DNA from: a bacterium
Lineage (GTDB): Bacteria; DUMJ01
Assembly: GCA_049970495.1 (NCBI GenBank)
Contig: JBMFMV010000058.1
Coordinates: 1-11,848 of the forward strand
Direction of reading: 5' to 3'
DNA length: 11,848 nucleotides
Below the pieces are notes generated by a model that saw only the letters and a program-made list of their open reading frames with translations, searched no databases and was not told where the DNA came from. The position numbers and the translations under genes were made by a program. This document shows positions 1 to 7,961 of this stretch, piece by piece (the stretch's first letter is position 1; each line of letters starts with the position of its first letter).

Positions 1-495
1 GGACTTTACTATATGTTTGTAAGTTATGCTCCTTCTCCAAAGGGCATAGATCCAATTTTAAGATCTAAGATGCATGAGACAGCAGATGTCTATAATACTG
101 GCATTACTAAGTCTTGCACAGGATTAGCAGTAAGTGCAGATGGAATCAATTTTAAATGGCTCGGAGATATCTTATCTCCAAGAGAGAACAGTTGGGATGC
201 TTATGCAACAAGGATTACAAGTATTGTCTATTCTCCTCCAATCTTCTATGCCTTCTATGACGGTAGTAGGGACGTCTCGGAGAATTATGAGGAGAAATTA
301 GGATTGGCGATAAGCCTGAATCTAAAAAATTTTGAAATAGTGAGTGTAAATGGTCCTATATTACTTTCCCCTTATTCTTCTGGAAGTGTGCGATATGTAA
401 GTGTAGTTCCAGTATCTGGTAAACTTTATTACTATTATGAAATGGCTGTTTCAGACGGATCTCATGAGTTAAGGGTGAGTGTGGTTGAATCTTAG
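1..495 (+). CDS. Five-bladed beta-propeller glycoside hydrolase-like protein (GH32/43/68/130-like fold), 5'-truncated by the window edge
   Basis: Frame 1 is open from base 1 (GLYYMFVSY...), so ATG 13 is probably internal. It has repeated propeller-blade signatures: 'TGLAVSADGINFKW', 'SWDAYATRITSIV', 'FYAFYDG', 'NYEEKLGLAISLNLKNF', 'YYYYE'. The stop overlaps the next gene. Confidence 0.6.
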   Translation, partial: GLYYMFVSYAPSPKGIDPILRSKMHETADVYNTGITKSCTGLAVSADGINFKWLGDILSPRENSWDAYATRITSIVYSPPIFYAFYDGSRDVSENYEEKLGLAISLNLKNFEIVSVNGPILLSPYSSGSVRYVSVVPVSGKLYYYYEMAVSDGSHELRVSVVES

Positions 496-1642
496 AGGGG
501 TAAACCATCAGCTAGTAAAGATACAGAATAGGAACCTAATCCTTAAACTTATATACGAGAGAGGTTCCATAAGTAGGCAAGAGATTTCGAAGATAATTGG
601 TTTAACACCTGCTACAGTAACCAATATAACGGGGGAATTATTAGAAGATGGCTTTATAACGGAACTTCCAAGTTTTGAAGAGAAGGCTGGTTCCGGTAGA
701 AAAGCTATTCCCCTTGCTATAAATCCATCATCCGGATATGTAATAGGAGTGGATATAGGCCCAAGGATAGTAAGAATATCTACTAGTGACCTATTAGGGC
801 ATCTATCTAATATAGATACTATCCAGTATGACGATCAGACAGAAGAAAGGCTCTTAGAGCTTCTTATAGAGAAGTTAAAGGTCCTAATAGAAGATCGAGA
901 CATCTTAGGAATAGGTATAGGGATCCCTGGTCTTGTGGATACTGTATCTGGAGAGCTAAAGTTTTCTCCCAATTTAGGATGGAGGAATTTGAAATTAGCT
1001 AAACCTATTAGAGATGCCCTTGGTTTGCCGGTTGTAGTAGAGAATAACGTTAAGACTATGGCTCTTGCGGAGAAATGGTTTGGTAAAGGCAAAAAGTCGA
1101 ATAATTTTGTTCTAGTTTACGTCAGTTTAGGGATAGGTGCGGGAGTAATTATAGACGGAAAAATATATAGAGGTGCTAATAATGGAGCGGGGGAGATAGG
1201 TCATACAGTTGTGTCTGAAGATGGTGAGATCTGTAACTGTGGCAAAAGAGGATGTCTAGAAACATTTGCTTCTGCTAGAGCTATTGTAAAGAAGTTTAAA
1301 GGGGTCTCAGGAGATGAGGACAGTGATATAAATGAAATAAAGACTGCTATAGAAAAAGGAGAGAATAGGGCTATAGAGATAGTAGAAAATGCAGGATACT
1401 ATCTAGGGATTGGTATATCTAATCTTGTAAATATGTTTGACCCAGAGATGATAATCCTTTCTGGAAGAGTAATTAGGTTAGGCAAGGCTCTTCTTGATCC
1501 CATGAAGAAGGCTCTTGAGGATAGGCTTTTCTCTACTAATAAGATAAGAATAGAGATTTCGGAATTAGGAAAAGAGATAGGACTATATGGGGCAAGCGCA
1601 TTAGCCCTTCAGAAATTCTTTTATGAGAAGGAGGAATTATGA
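479..1642 (+). CDS. ROK-family transcriptional repressor (XylR/NagC/Mlc-like)
   Basis: N-terminal wHTH (ISRQEISKIIGLTPATVTNITGEL) and 'GSGRKAI' linker. ROK motifs 'GIGIPGLVD', 'VENNVK', 'GIGAGVIIDGKIYRG', and the Zn-binding 'GEIGH...CNCGKRGCLE'. Start is GTG 479 or TTG 485. Confidence 0.93.
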   Translation: MWLNLRGVNHQLVKIQNRNLILKLIYERGSISRQEISKIIGLTPATVTNITGELLEDGFITELPSFEEKAGSGRKAIPLAINPSSGYVIGVDIGPRIVRISTSDLLGHLSNIDTIQYDDQTEERLLELLIEKLKVLIEDRDILGIGIGIPGLVDTVSGELKFSPNLGWRNLKLAKPIRDALGLPVVVENNVKTMALAEKWFGKGKKSNNFVLVYVSLGIGAGVIIDGKIYRGANNGAGEIGHTVVSEDGEICNCGKRGCLETFASARAIVKKFKGVSGDEDSDINEIKTAIEKGENRAIEIVENAGYYLGIGISNLVNMFDPEMIILSGRVIRLGKALLDPMKKALEDRLFSTNKIRIEISELGKEIGLYGASALALQKFFYEKEEL

Positions 1643-2604
1643 ATATAGGCATAGTAGGAGCTGGCAGGATAGCCAGAGCTCACTTTGAAAGACTTATTAA
1701 GAGGGAGGATGTAAAGATTAGAGGGGTAGCTGATATTATATTCTCCAAAGCAGAAGAAATGGCAAAAAAGTGTGGTGCAAATGCATATTCAAGTTTTGAA
1801 GAACTTTTAGATAATGAGAAGGCATTAGATGCTTTATTTATCTGTACTCCACCTTACAATAGAGAGCCAGAAAACTTAATAAAATCTGCTAGAAGAGGTA
1901 TTCATCTTTTTATCGAGAAGCCACCTGCTAGGACCTTAGTAGCTGGAGAAAAACTATTAGAAGTTTTTGATAAGGTAGATATTACAGTAAGTGTCGGTTT
2001 TTTGTGGAGGTACTCTGACCTTGCAGCAAAGTTAAAGGACTATCTTAAAGATAGAAAATGCGCAATGATAGTTTCTAGATGGTATCATACTATTCCACCT
2101 ATAGCCTGGGTAAGAGATAAAGAAAGAGCTGGAGGACAAGTTGTAGACCAATCTATACACCTTATAGACCTGATGAGATACTTATTAGGAGAAGCAAAAA
2201 CTGTATACTCCCAGAGTTCAAGAGGTTTATTTCCGGAGATTGAAGATTTTATTAATGATGACGCAAGTGTAACTGTCATAACATTTCAAAATGGTACTGT
2301 GGCAACATTGGCTTCTACATATTCTCTCTTTCCGAATCCTGAACACGGACCTAGGATAGAATTTATTGCTAAGAACCTTAGGCTTGAAGGAAACCTTAAT
2401 TATTTAAAGGTATTTACCCCTGAAAGTATGGAGAGTTTTGATTTTTCTGATGACCCTATGGAGAAGGAGCAATCTGCATTCTTTGAAGCTATAGAGGGGG
2501 GCAGAGATAAGATACTATCTACATATGAAGATTCTCTGAAGACATTAAAGATATCTCTTTCTGCCAATACCTCTATGGATACAGGGGAGGTAATAGTACT
2601 ATGA
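1639..2604 (+). CDS. Gfo/Idh/MocA-family NAD(P)-dependent oxidoreductase
   Basis: Rossmann 'IGIVGAGRIA', 'ICTPP', 'FIEKPP', 'VGFLWRY', and catalytic region 'GGQVVDQSIHLID'. RBS AAGGAGG; ATGA overlap with the ROK stop. Confidence 0.93.
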   Translation: MNIGIVGAGRIARAHFERLIKREDVKIRGVADIIFSKAEEMAKKCGANAYSSFEELLDNEKALDALFICTPPYNREPENLIKSARRGIHLFIEKPPARTLVAGEKLLEVFDKVDITVSVGFLWRYSDLAAKLKDYLKDRKCAMIVSRWYHTIPPIAWVRDKERAGGQVVDQSIHLIDLMRYLLGEAKTVYSQSSRGLFPEIEDFINDDASVTVITFQNGTVATLASTYSLFPNPEHGPRIEFIAKNLRLEGNLNYLKVFTPESMESFDFSDDPMEKEQSAFFEAIEGGRDKILSTYEDSLKTLKISLSANTSMDTGEVIVL

Positions 2605-4151
2605 GAATATTGTACTTAGACATAGATACACTAAGACCTGACCATTTATCCTGTTATGGATATCATAGGGAAACTTCTCCGAATATAGATGCGGTAGCTA
2701 GAGAAGGAATAAGATTTAATAGATTCTACGCATCGGATACTCCCTGTATGCCATCTAGGGCTGCACTCTTTACAGGAAGATTTGGTATACATAATGGTAT
2801 TGTAAATCATGGTTTTACTGCTAGTGATTTAAAACCTTATGAGCCATTAAGGTTCTTTAATAATAGGCAGAGTCCCTTGAGCCAGTTGGTTACTATCCTT
2901 AGACGTCTTGGATACTATACAGTAAGTGTAAGCCCCTTTGGAGAAAGACATTCTGCCTGGTGGTACTATGATGGATTTAGAGAGATGTATAATCCTGGCA
3001 AGGGAGGAATGGAACGGGCAGATGAGGTAATTCCTCTAGCTCTAAAGTGGTTAGAAGAGAACGGTAAAGAAGATAATTGGTTTTTACATGTAAACATCTG
3101 GGATCCGCATACTCCGTACCGTACCCCAATAGAGTATGGAAATCCCTTTGAAGATTCTCCTCCGCCTTCTTGGATGACAGAAGAGATTATAAGTAGACAT
3201 AGAGATATGTATGGTCCACATTCAGCTAGGACTACTCATGACCTAAGGGATATGCCTGAAGAGTTCTTCCAAAGATATCCCAGATTACCTAGGAGTATAG
3301 AGAATTTAGAAGATTATAAAAGATGGATAGATGGATACGATACAGGAATACACTATGCAGATTACTGGTCTGGTAAGATTTTTGACCTGCTCAAGAAATT
3401 GGGCGTGTGGGAGGATACATTAGTCATTATTAGCTCTGATCATGGAGAGAATCAGGGAGAACTGAATGTATATGGAGACCATCAGTTGGCTGACGAGATA
3501 ACACACAGAATTCCACTTATAATAAAGGGGCCAGGTGTAAAAGAAGGAATAGTAGATAGCGAATTTCACTATAACATAGACCTTTCTGCAACACTTATAG
3601 ACTTTCTAGGTGGTTGGGAGCTAATCCCTCAGATGTGGGATGCTAGTTCATTTGCTGATACACTTAAAACAGGGAAACCAAAAGGTAGAAGCTATTTAGT
3701 TTTATCCCACTGTGTTTGGAGTATTCAGAGATCTGTCCGTTTTGGAAAGTGGCTATTAATTGAGACATATGATGATGGTTGTAAAGATATATTAAAGCCT
3801 ACTATGCTCTTTGATATAGAATCTGATCCTCATGAATTGATAGACCTATCAGAGAGTTATCCTAATATAGTAATTGAAGGAAAGGCATTACTCGAAAAAT
3901 GGATTAATGAAAATATGGCTAAATCTCTTTTTAGTGAAGATCCCCTTATTGTTACACTCCACAATAGTGGTCCTTATCATATACCAATCTATCAGCTTAT
4001 GGACTACGCAGATATTGTAAAAAGGGTATGGGGAGAAGATAAGGTTGAAAAACTTATTGAAAGACATAAAGAACAATACTACCGATACTTACTTGAGAGT
4101 TATCGCTTTTTAGAGGCGGTAGAATTTTCCAAAAAATATGGATTGAGGTAG
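2601..4151 (+). CDS. Sulfatase-family (alkaline phosphatase superfamily) hydrolase, Cys-type formylglycine motif, cytoplasmic
   Basis: Metal ligands 'DIDTLRPD', CxPxR signature 'CMPSRAALFTG' (Cys49, nt 2745-2747), 'WDPHTPY', 'SSDHGE', 'LFDIESDPHE'. No signal peptide. RBS GGGGAGG; ATGA overlap. Confidence 0.9.
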   Translation: MRILYLDIDTLRPDHLSCYGYHRETSPNIDAVAREGIRFNRFYASDTPCMPSRAALFTGRFGIHNGIVNHGFTASDLKPYEPLRFFNNRQSPLSQLVTILRRLGYYTVSVSPFGERHSAWWYYDGFREMYNPGKGGMERADEVIPLALKWLEENGKEDNWFLHVNIWDPHTPYRTPIEYGNPFEDSPPPSWMTEEIISRHRDMYGPHSARTTHDLRDMPEEFFQRYPRLPRSIENLEDYKRWIDGYDTGIHYADYWSGKIFDLLKKLGVWEDTLVIISSDHGENQGELNVYGDHQLADEITHRIPLIIKGPGVKEGIVDSEFHYNIDLSATLIDFLGGWELIPQMWDASSFADTLKTGKPKGRSYLVLSHCVWSIQRSVRFGKWLLIETYDDGCKDILKPTMLFDIESDPHELIDLSESYPNIVIEGKALLEKWINENMAKSLFSEDPLIVTLHNSGPYHIPIYQLMDYADIVKRVWGEDKVEKLIERHKEQYYRYLLESYRFLEAVEFSKKYGLR

Positions 4152-4155
4152 AGCT

Positions 4156-4926
4156 ATGAAACTTGCATGTGGAGAGATAGTTATTCCTGGAAGTTCATTT
4201 AGAGAGAAGATAGAAATTCTTGAATCTGTTGGTTTCGATGGGATAGACTTAGTAGGCTCTGGTCTTAAAGATAGATTAGAAGAGGTAAAGAGTATACTAG
4301 CTAAAAGTGATATAAAGGTTGCCGCTATATATAGTAGATTACAGTATCCTCTATTATCTAGTAATATTGAAGAAAGGGAGATTGCTATAGAACAGTTAAA
4401 GGAGAGACTTTTAGTTGCATCTGAACTAGGAGCTATAGGAGTCATATTTGTTCCAATATTTGGTCCGCCTAGAATTCTAGACCTTAGGCCATTTATGAAT
4501 GCTGTAGAACTAGAGAAGGCTCTTCTTATTGCTATACTTAGAGAAATAATACCAATGACTAGAAAGTTAAAAGTGAAACTTCTTTTAGAGCCAGTTAATA
4601 AGAAAGAGACACACTTTATAAACAATCTCACTCAGGGTTTGGAGATAGCTAAAGAGACAGGAGTTTACCTTTTAGCAGATATATACCATTTAGTCTTGGA
4701 AGACCAATCACCAGATACTCTAGTAAAATGTAAGGATTATATTGGTTATGTACATATAGCTAATAAAACAAGAGAGGTTCCGAAGGAGAAAGATTTTGTC
4801 TATCTAAAACCTTGGTTAGATACACTCAAAGAGATAGGGTATAACGGGTATGTCTCTCTAGAGTGTTCTCCACCGAAAGATGTAGAAGAGTTAAAACATT
4901 TTGTGGAGGTATTTGGTTGGAGGTGA
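4156..4926 (+). CDS. Sugar-phosphate isomerase/epimerase, xylose-isomerase-like (AP_endonuc_2) TIM barrel, ketose 3-epimerase/IolO-like
   Basis: Metal-binding motifs 'LLEPVNKKE', 'LADIYH', 'YVHIAN..R..P', 'GYNGYVSLEC'; N-terminal 'GFDGIDL'. RBS GAGGT; starts 4 nt after the sulfatase stop. Confidence 0.88.
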   Translation: MKLACGEIVIPGSSFREKIEILESVGFDGIDLVGSGLKDRLEEVKSILAKSDIKVAAIYSRLQYPLLSSNIEEREIAIEQLKERLLVASELGAIGVIFVPIFGPPRILDLRPFMNAVELEKALLIAILREIIPMTRKLKVKLLLEPVNKKETHFINNLTQGLEIAKETGVYLLADIYHLVLEDQSPDTLVKCKDYIGYVHIANKTREVPKEKDFVYLKPWLDTLKEIGYNGYVSLECSPPKDVEELKHFVEVFGWR

Positions 4927-4977
4927 TAGGTAAGGGGTTAAAACTCTAGAACTAGAAGAGGGTTTAGAAGTTTTACT

Positions 4978-4983
4978 TATAAT
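4978..4983 (+). promoter_or_regulatory. Possible internal -10 box (TATAAT) upstream of the ABC binding-protein gene
   Basis: Perfect TATAAT about 50 nt upstream of ATG 5033, in the only sizeable intergenic gap of the operon. There is no convincing -35 or TG extension. Confidence 0.3.
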
Positions 4984-5032
4984 AAGGGGTGAGGTATCTA
5001 GGGGGAATTAGATTAGAAGGAGGGATTTAGAG

Positions 5033-7018
5033 ATGCGATATTTTAAGAGTGTGTTACTAATAATATTAGTGTTAGCTTTGATATTAGGAAGCGTTACTGT
5101 TTCTTTTAGTCAGGAGAAGTTTCCCCTAGGGCAGTATAATCTCGAAGACTATCAAAAGCTATCTAAGACAAAGATTACCAAGTTTAATGAGGCTCCAATG
5201 TTACAAGAACTTGTAAAGCAGGGTAAACTTCCTTCAGTAGATAAGAGATTGCCTGTAGAACCTCTAGTAGTTATCCCTATAGAGGAGATAGGACAGTATG
5301 GTGGAACAGCAAGGGTTGCTACTAAGAGACCACTTATTCTAGAAGATGGTGGATTAATGATTGGTCATGAGCCTATACTTAGGGTAGCTCGTGATGGTAA
5401 GACTATAATTCCCAATCTAGCTAAAAAATGGCAACTCTCTAAAGATGGTAAGACTCTCACATTATATCTTAGAAAAGGTATAAAATGGTCAGATGGCGCG
5501 CCATTTACGGTAGATGATATTATCTTCTGGTGGGAAGACGTAATATTAAATGATGAGCTTACACCTACAAAACCTATCGCTTGGTCTCCTGGTGGGAAAT
5601 TAATGACCTTAGAGAAGATAGATGATTATACTATAAACCTTAAATTTAGTGTTCCTTATCCGGTAGCTATTATAAGACTTGCCCATTATGATGGAGTAGA
5701 AGGTTCATTCTTTTTGCCTAAGCATTATCTAAAACAATTCCATGTCAAGTATAATCCTCAAGTTAATGAGTTAGCTGAGAAGGAAGGATTTAATGCTTGG
5801 TATAAGTTGTTTAATGCTAAAGCATTAATAAATGCTGGCAGTGGTAGAGCAGTAGACCCCGGGACACCTACATTAAAGGCGTTTATGATTATAAAGAAGG
5901 GGCAAGATACAGTCATTGCAGAGAGAAACCCATATTACTGGAAGATAGATCCAGCAGGTAATCAACTTCCATACATAGATAGAATCTTTGTAAGCATAGT
6001 TAGTAATGCAGAGATGGTAAATCTAAAGACAACAACGGGAGATGTAGATTTTGCTGGTTTTAATACTAGATTGGATATGTATCCTGTTTATAAAGAGAAT
6101 GCAGCTAAGAACAATTATAGGGTTCTTCTGTGGCAAGATGTATTTGGTAGCGAAGTTATCTTTATGCCAAACCAGACACATCCGGATCCTATTCTTAGAA
6201 AGATATTTAGAGATAAGAGATTTAGGATAGCTTTGTCCTTGGGAATAAATCGAAATGAGATCAATCAACTCTTCTATATGGGTATGGCTCAACCTAGACA
6301 AACAACAGTTATTCCACAGTCTAGATATTATAAGGAAGAATTTGCCAAGGCTTATATAGAGTATGACCCAGTTAAAGCGAACAAGTTACTTGATGAGATG
6401 GGATTAAGGCGTGGACCAGATGGATATAGATTAAGACCAGATGGTAAGAGATTAGAAATCCTTATAGAATATACTCCGGTAGATACGATAAGAGGTCCTG
6501 TCTGCGAGTTTGTACAACAACAATGGGATAGACTTGGCATAAAAGTGGCAGTAAAAGAGATAACTACAGAGTTACAACAGGTAAGAGCCCCTGGGAATCA
6601 GATGGATATGTCAGTATGGAATGCTGACAAATGTACAGACATCTTATTCCCTATTAGTCCTATGTGGTTTGTGCCTTATAACACTGGTTGGGAGAATAGT
6701 TGGTGCCCACTATGGGCTCAATGGTATACTTCTAAGGGAAAGTCAGGTGAGGAGCCACCTAAAGAGGCGAAGAGACTATTAGACTTGTGGGAAAAGATGT
6801 TAAGTACCACTGTCGAATCTCAGAGGACTAAACTCGGACAGGAAATATTAAAGTCTCATGCAGAGAATCTTTGGACAATAGGAACAGTAGGGCTAGCACC
6901 TGTACCTATTATAGCTAGGAATAATCTAAGAAACATACCGGAAAAAGGAATTTGGGGTTGGGATTACTTCTGGGCAATGCTCTATAACCCAGAACAGTTC
7001 TTCTTTAAGCAGAAGTAG
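5033..7018 (+). CDS. ABC transporter substrate-binding protein, family 5 (Opp/Dpp-like, oligosaccharide-binding Thermotoga-type subgroup)
   Basis: Sec signal peptide with no lipobox Cys. Subgroup N-terminus 'EAPMLQELVKQGKLPSVDKRLP..P...IGQYGG'. Family-5 signature 'PNLAKKWQLSKDGKTLTLYLRKGIKWSDGAPFTVDDI', 'RNPYYWKIDPAGNQLPYID', 'FRIALSLGINR'. RBS AAGGAGG. Confidence 0.93.
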   Translation: MRYFKSVLLIILVLALILGSVTVSFSQEKFPLGQYNLEDYQKLSKTKITKFNEAPMLQELVKQGKLPSVDKRLPVEPLVVIPIEEIGQYGGTARVATKRPLILEDGGLMIGHEPILRVARDGKTIIPNLAKKWQLSKDGKTLTLYLRKGIKWSDGAPFTVDDIIFWWEDVILNDELTPTKPIAWSPGGKLMTLEKIDDYTINLKFSVPYPVAIIRLAHYDGVEGSFFLPKHYLKQFHVKYNPQVNELAEKEGFNAWYKLFNAKALINAGSGRAVDPGTPTLKAFMIIKKGQDTVIAERNPYYWKIDPAGNQLPYIDRIFVSIVSNAEMVNLKTTTGDVDFAGFNTRLDMYPVYKENAAKNNYRVLLWQDVFGSEVIFMPNQTHPDPILRKIFRDKRFRIALSLGINRNEINQLFYMGMAQPRQTTVIPQSRYYKEEFAKAYIEYDPVKANKLLDEMGLRRGPDGYRLRPDGKRLEILIEYTPVDTIRGPVCEFVQQQWDRLGIKVAVKEITTELQQVRAPGNQMDMSVWNADKCTDILFPISPMWFVPYNTGWENSWCPLWAQWYTSKGKSGEEPPKEAKRLLDLWEKMLSTTVESQRTKLGQEILKSHAENLWTIGTVGLAPVPIIARNNLRNIPEKGIWGWDYFWAMLYNPEQFFFKQK

Positions 7019-7026
7019 ACTTCTTT

Positions 7027-7059
7027 AGGGACCCTAGAAATAGGGTCCCTTTTCATTTT
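7027..7059 (+). terminator. Rho-independent terminator of the carbohydrate operon
   Basis: Perfect 10-bp stem AGGGACCCTA (7027-7036) / TAGGGTCCCT (7041-7050) with a GAAA tetraloop, followed by TTTCATTTT. It starts 9 nt after the stop codon and lies between convergent genes. Confidence 0.88.
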
Positions 7060-7558
7060 AATTGAAAATTTCCAGCAGACCATTTGTCCAGTCTGTTATC
7101 TTTTGCCAGTTTCTAAAGTCTCCTTCTGGAACTCTTCTTTTAAATAAAATACGCCAAATAAGGGAAAGTTTACTATAATCCATCTTTCCACCAAAAAGTC
7201 CTATGCTTACTGGTTCTTTAATCTCCGGTAGTGGTTTTAGATATTCTAGAACTTGAGACCTTGTCTTTTCGTTGTCATCTTTCATCAATAGGCATACGAT
7301 AAAGTATGCTACTGGTTTATCTTTAATTGCATCTTTAAATTTTTTGGCAAAATTTACTACTTCAGGTAATAGTTTGAACATCCTAATAGCACTGCCAATA
7401 ATAACTCCATTATATTCATCTATATTAGTTATTCCTTTTATTGATTTTATATCTACATCAAGACCTAAACCCCTTAATGTCTTGCATATTTTTTCTGCAA
7501 CTTCGGCAGTTGAACCTGCCCTTGATGCATATGCTATTAAAATTTTCTTTTTTGACAT
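7058..7558 (-). CDS. Flavodoxin-domain protein (Flavodoxin_5 / HemG-like)
   Basis: FMN phosphate loop 'IAYASRAGSTAEVA', 'YNGVIIGSAI', 'PVAYFIVCL', 'LFGGKMDYSKL', and C-terminal 'GDFRNWQKITDW'. RBS AGGAGG at 7568-7563. Confidence 0.88.
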   Translation of the reverse strand: MSKKKILIAYASRAGSTAEVAEKICKTLRGLGLDVDIKSIKGITNIDEYNGVIIGSAIRMFKLLPEVVNFAKKFKDAIKDKPVAYFIVCLLMKDDNEKTRSQVLEYLKPLPEIKEPVSIGLFGGKMDYSKLSLIWRILFKRRVPEGDFRNWQKITDWTNGLLEIFN

Positions 7559-7575
7559 AGGTCCTCCTATAAGAA

Positions 7576-7961
7576 TTATTTACTAAGCGCATTTTCTATG
7601 GCTTTTAAAACTGCCTTACTTGTAACTGTTGCCCCTGTGACCATATCAATTTTCAAAGACTGTTCCTTTAAAACACTCTCTATTATCTTTTTTGGAACAC
7701 TTGCTAGAGAAATTTTAGATTCATTTATTATATTGATATTGGCTACTTTACTACTTTTTATAGTTACTTCGACTTTATAACTGAATCTTCCTTTCCTGTA
7801 AGAACCTAAATAGGTTCCATCCGGAATCTTTAGAAAGTCAATATCTGTAATAACTAAATTTAGCGTTCCTTCTTTCCCATAGAAAAGAAAGATAGCAAAT
7901 AGGATAGTGATAGTAATTATTGGAACAAAGGTAAGGAGTAACATTTTACTTTTTTCTTCAT
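7576..7961 (-). CDS. Membrane-anchored FMN-binding domain protein (flavinylation substrate); apparent 1-nt frameshift near the start (in-frame ATG at 7944, RBS-supported ATG at 7961)
   Basis: N-terminal hydrophobic helix, then the FMN_bind pattern 'IPDGTYLGSY...KVEVTIK...INII...IIESVLKEQSLKIDMVTGATVTSKAVLKAIENAL', with D-x-x-[ST]-G-A-T at 7647-7627. GGGAGG lies 6 nt before ATG 7961, which is 17 nt upstream of ATG 7944. Confidence 0.85.

Noticed and set aside
4110..4631. 173-aa minus-strand ORF
   Set aside because: Antisense shadow of the epimerase gene; Ser/Ile/Leu-rich with no motifs.
835..6540. Short minus-strand ORFs 835-1092, 2085-2279, 3888-4076, 6023-6301, 6352-6540
   Set aside because: All lie antisense within well-supported genes and have no recognisable domains.
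7026..7051. Terminator arms are themselves near-palindromic (TAGGG-A-CCCTA, TAGGG-T-CCCT), suggesting a repeat unit, operator or CRISPR repeat
   Set aside because: Only one hairpin, with no spacers or further copies. Its position and U-tail are fully explained by a terminator.
7058..7558. Assigning gene symbol hemG
   Set aside because: The fold family matches, but there is no heme-biosynthesis context and most Flavodoxin_5 proteins are not proven protoporphyrinogen oxidases.
7272..7780. Plus-strand ORFs 7272-7586 and 7598-7780
   Set aside because: Antisense to the flavodoxin and FMN-binding genes.
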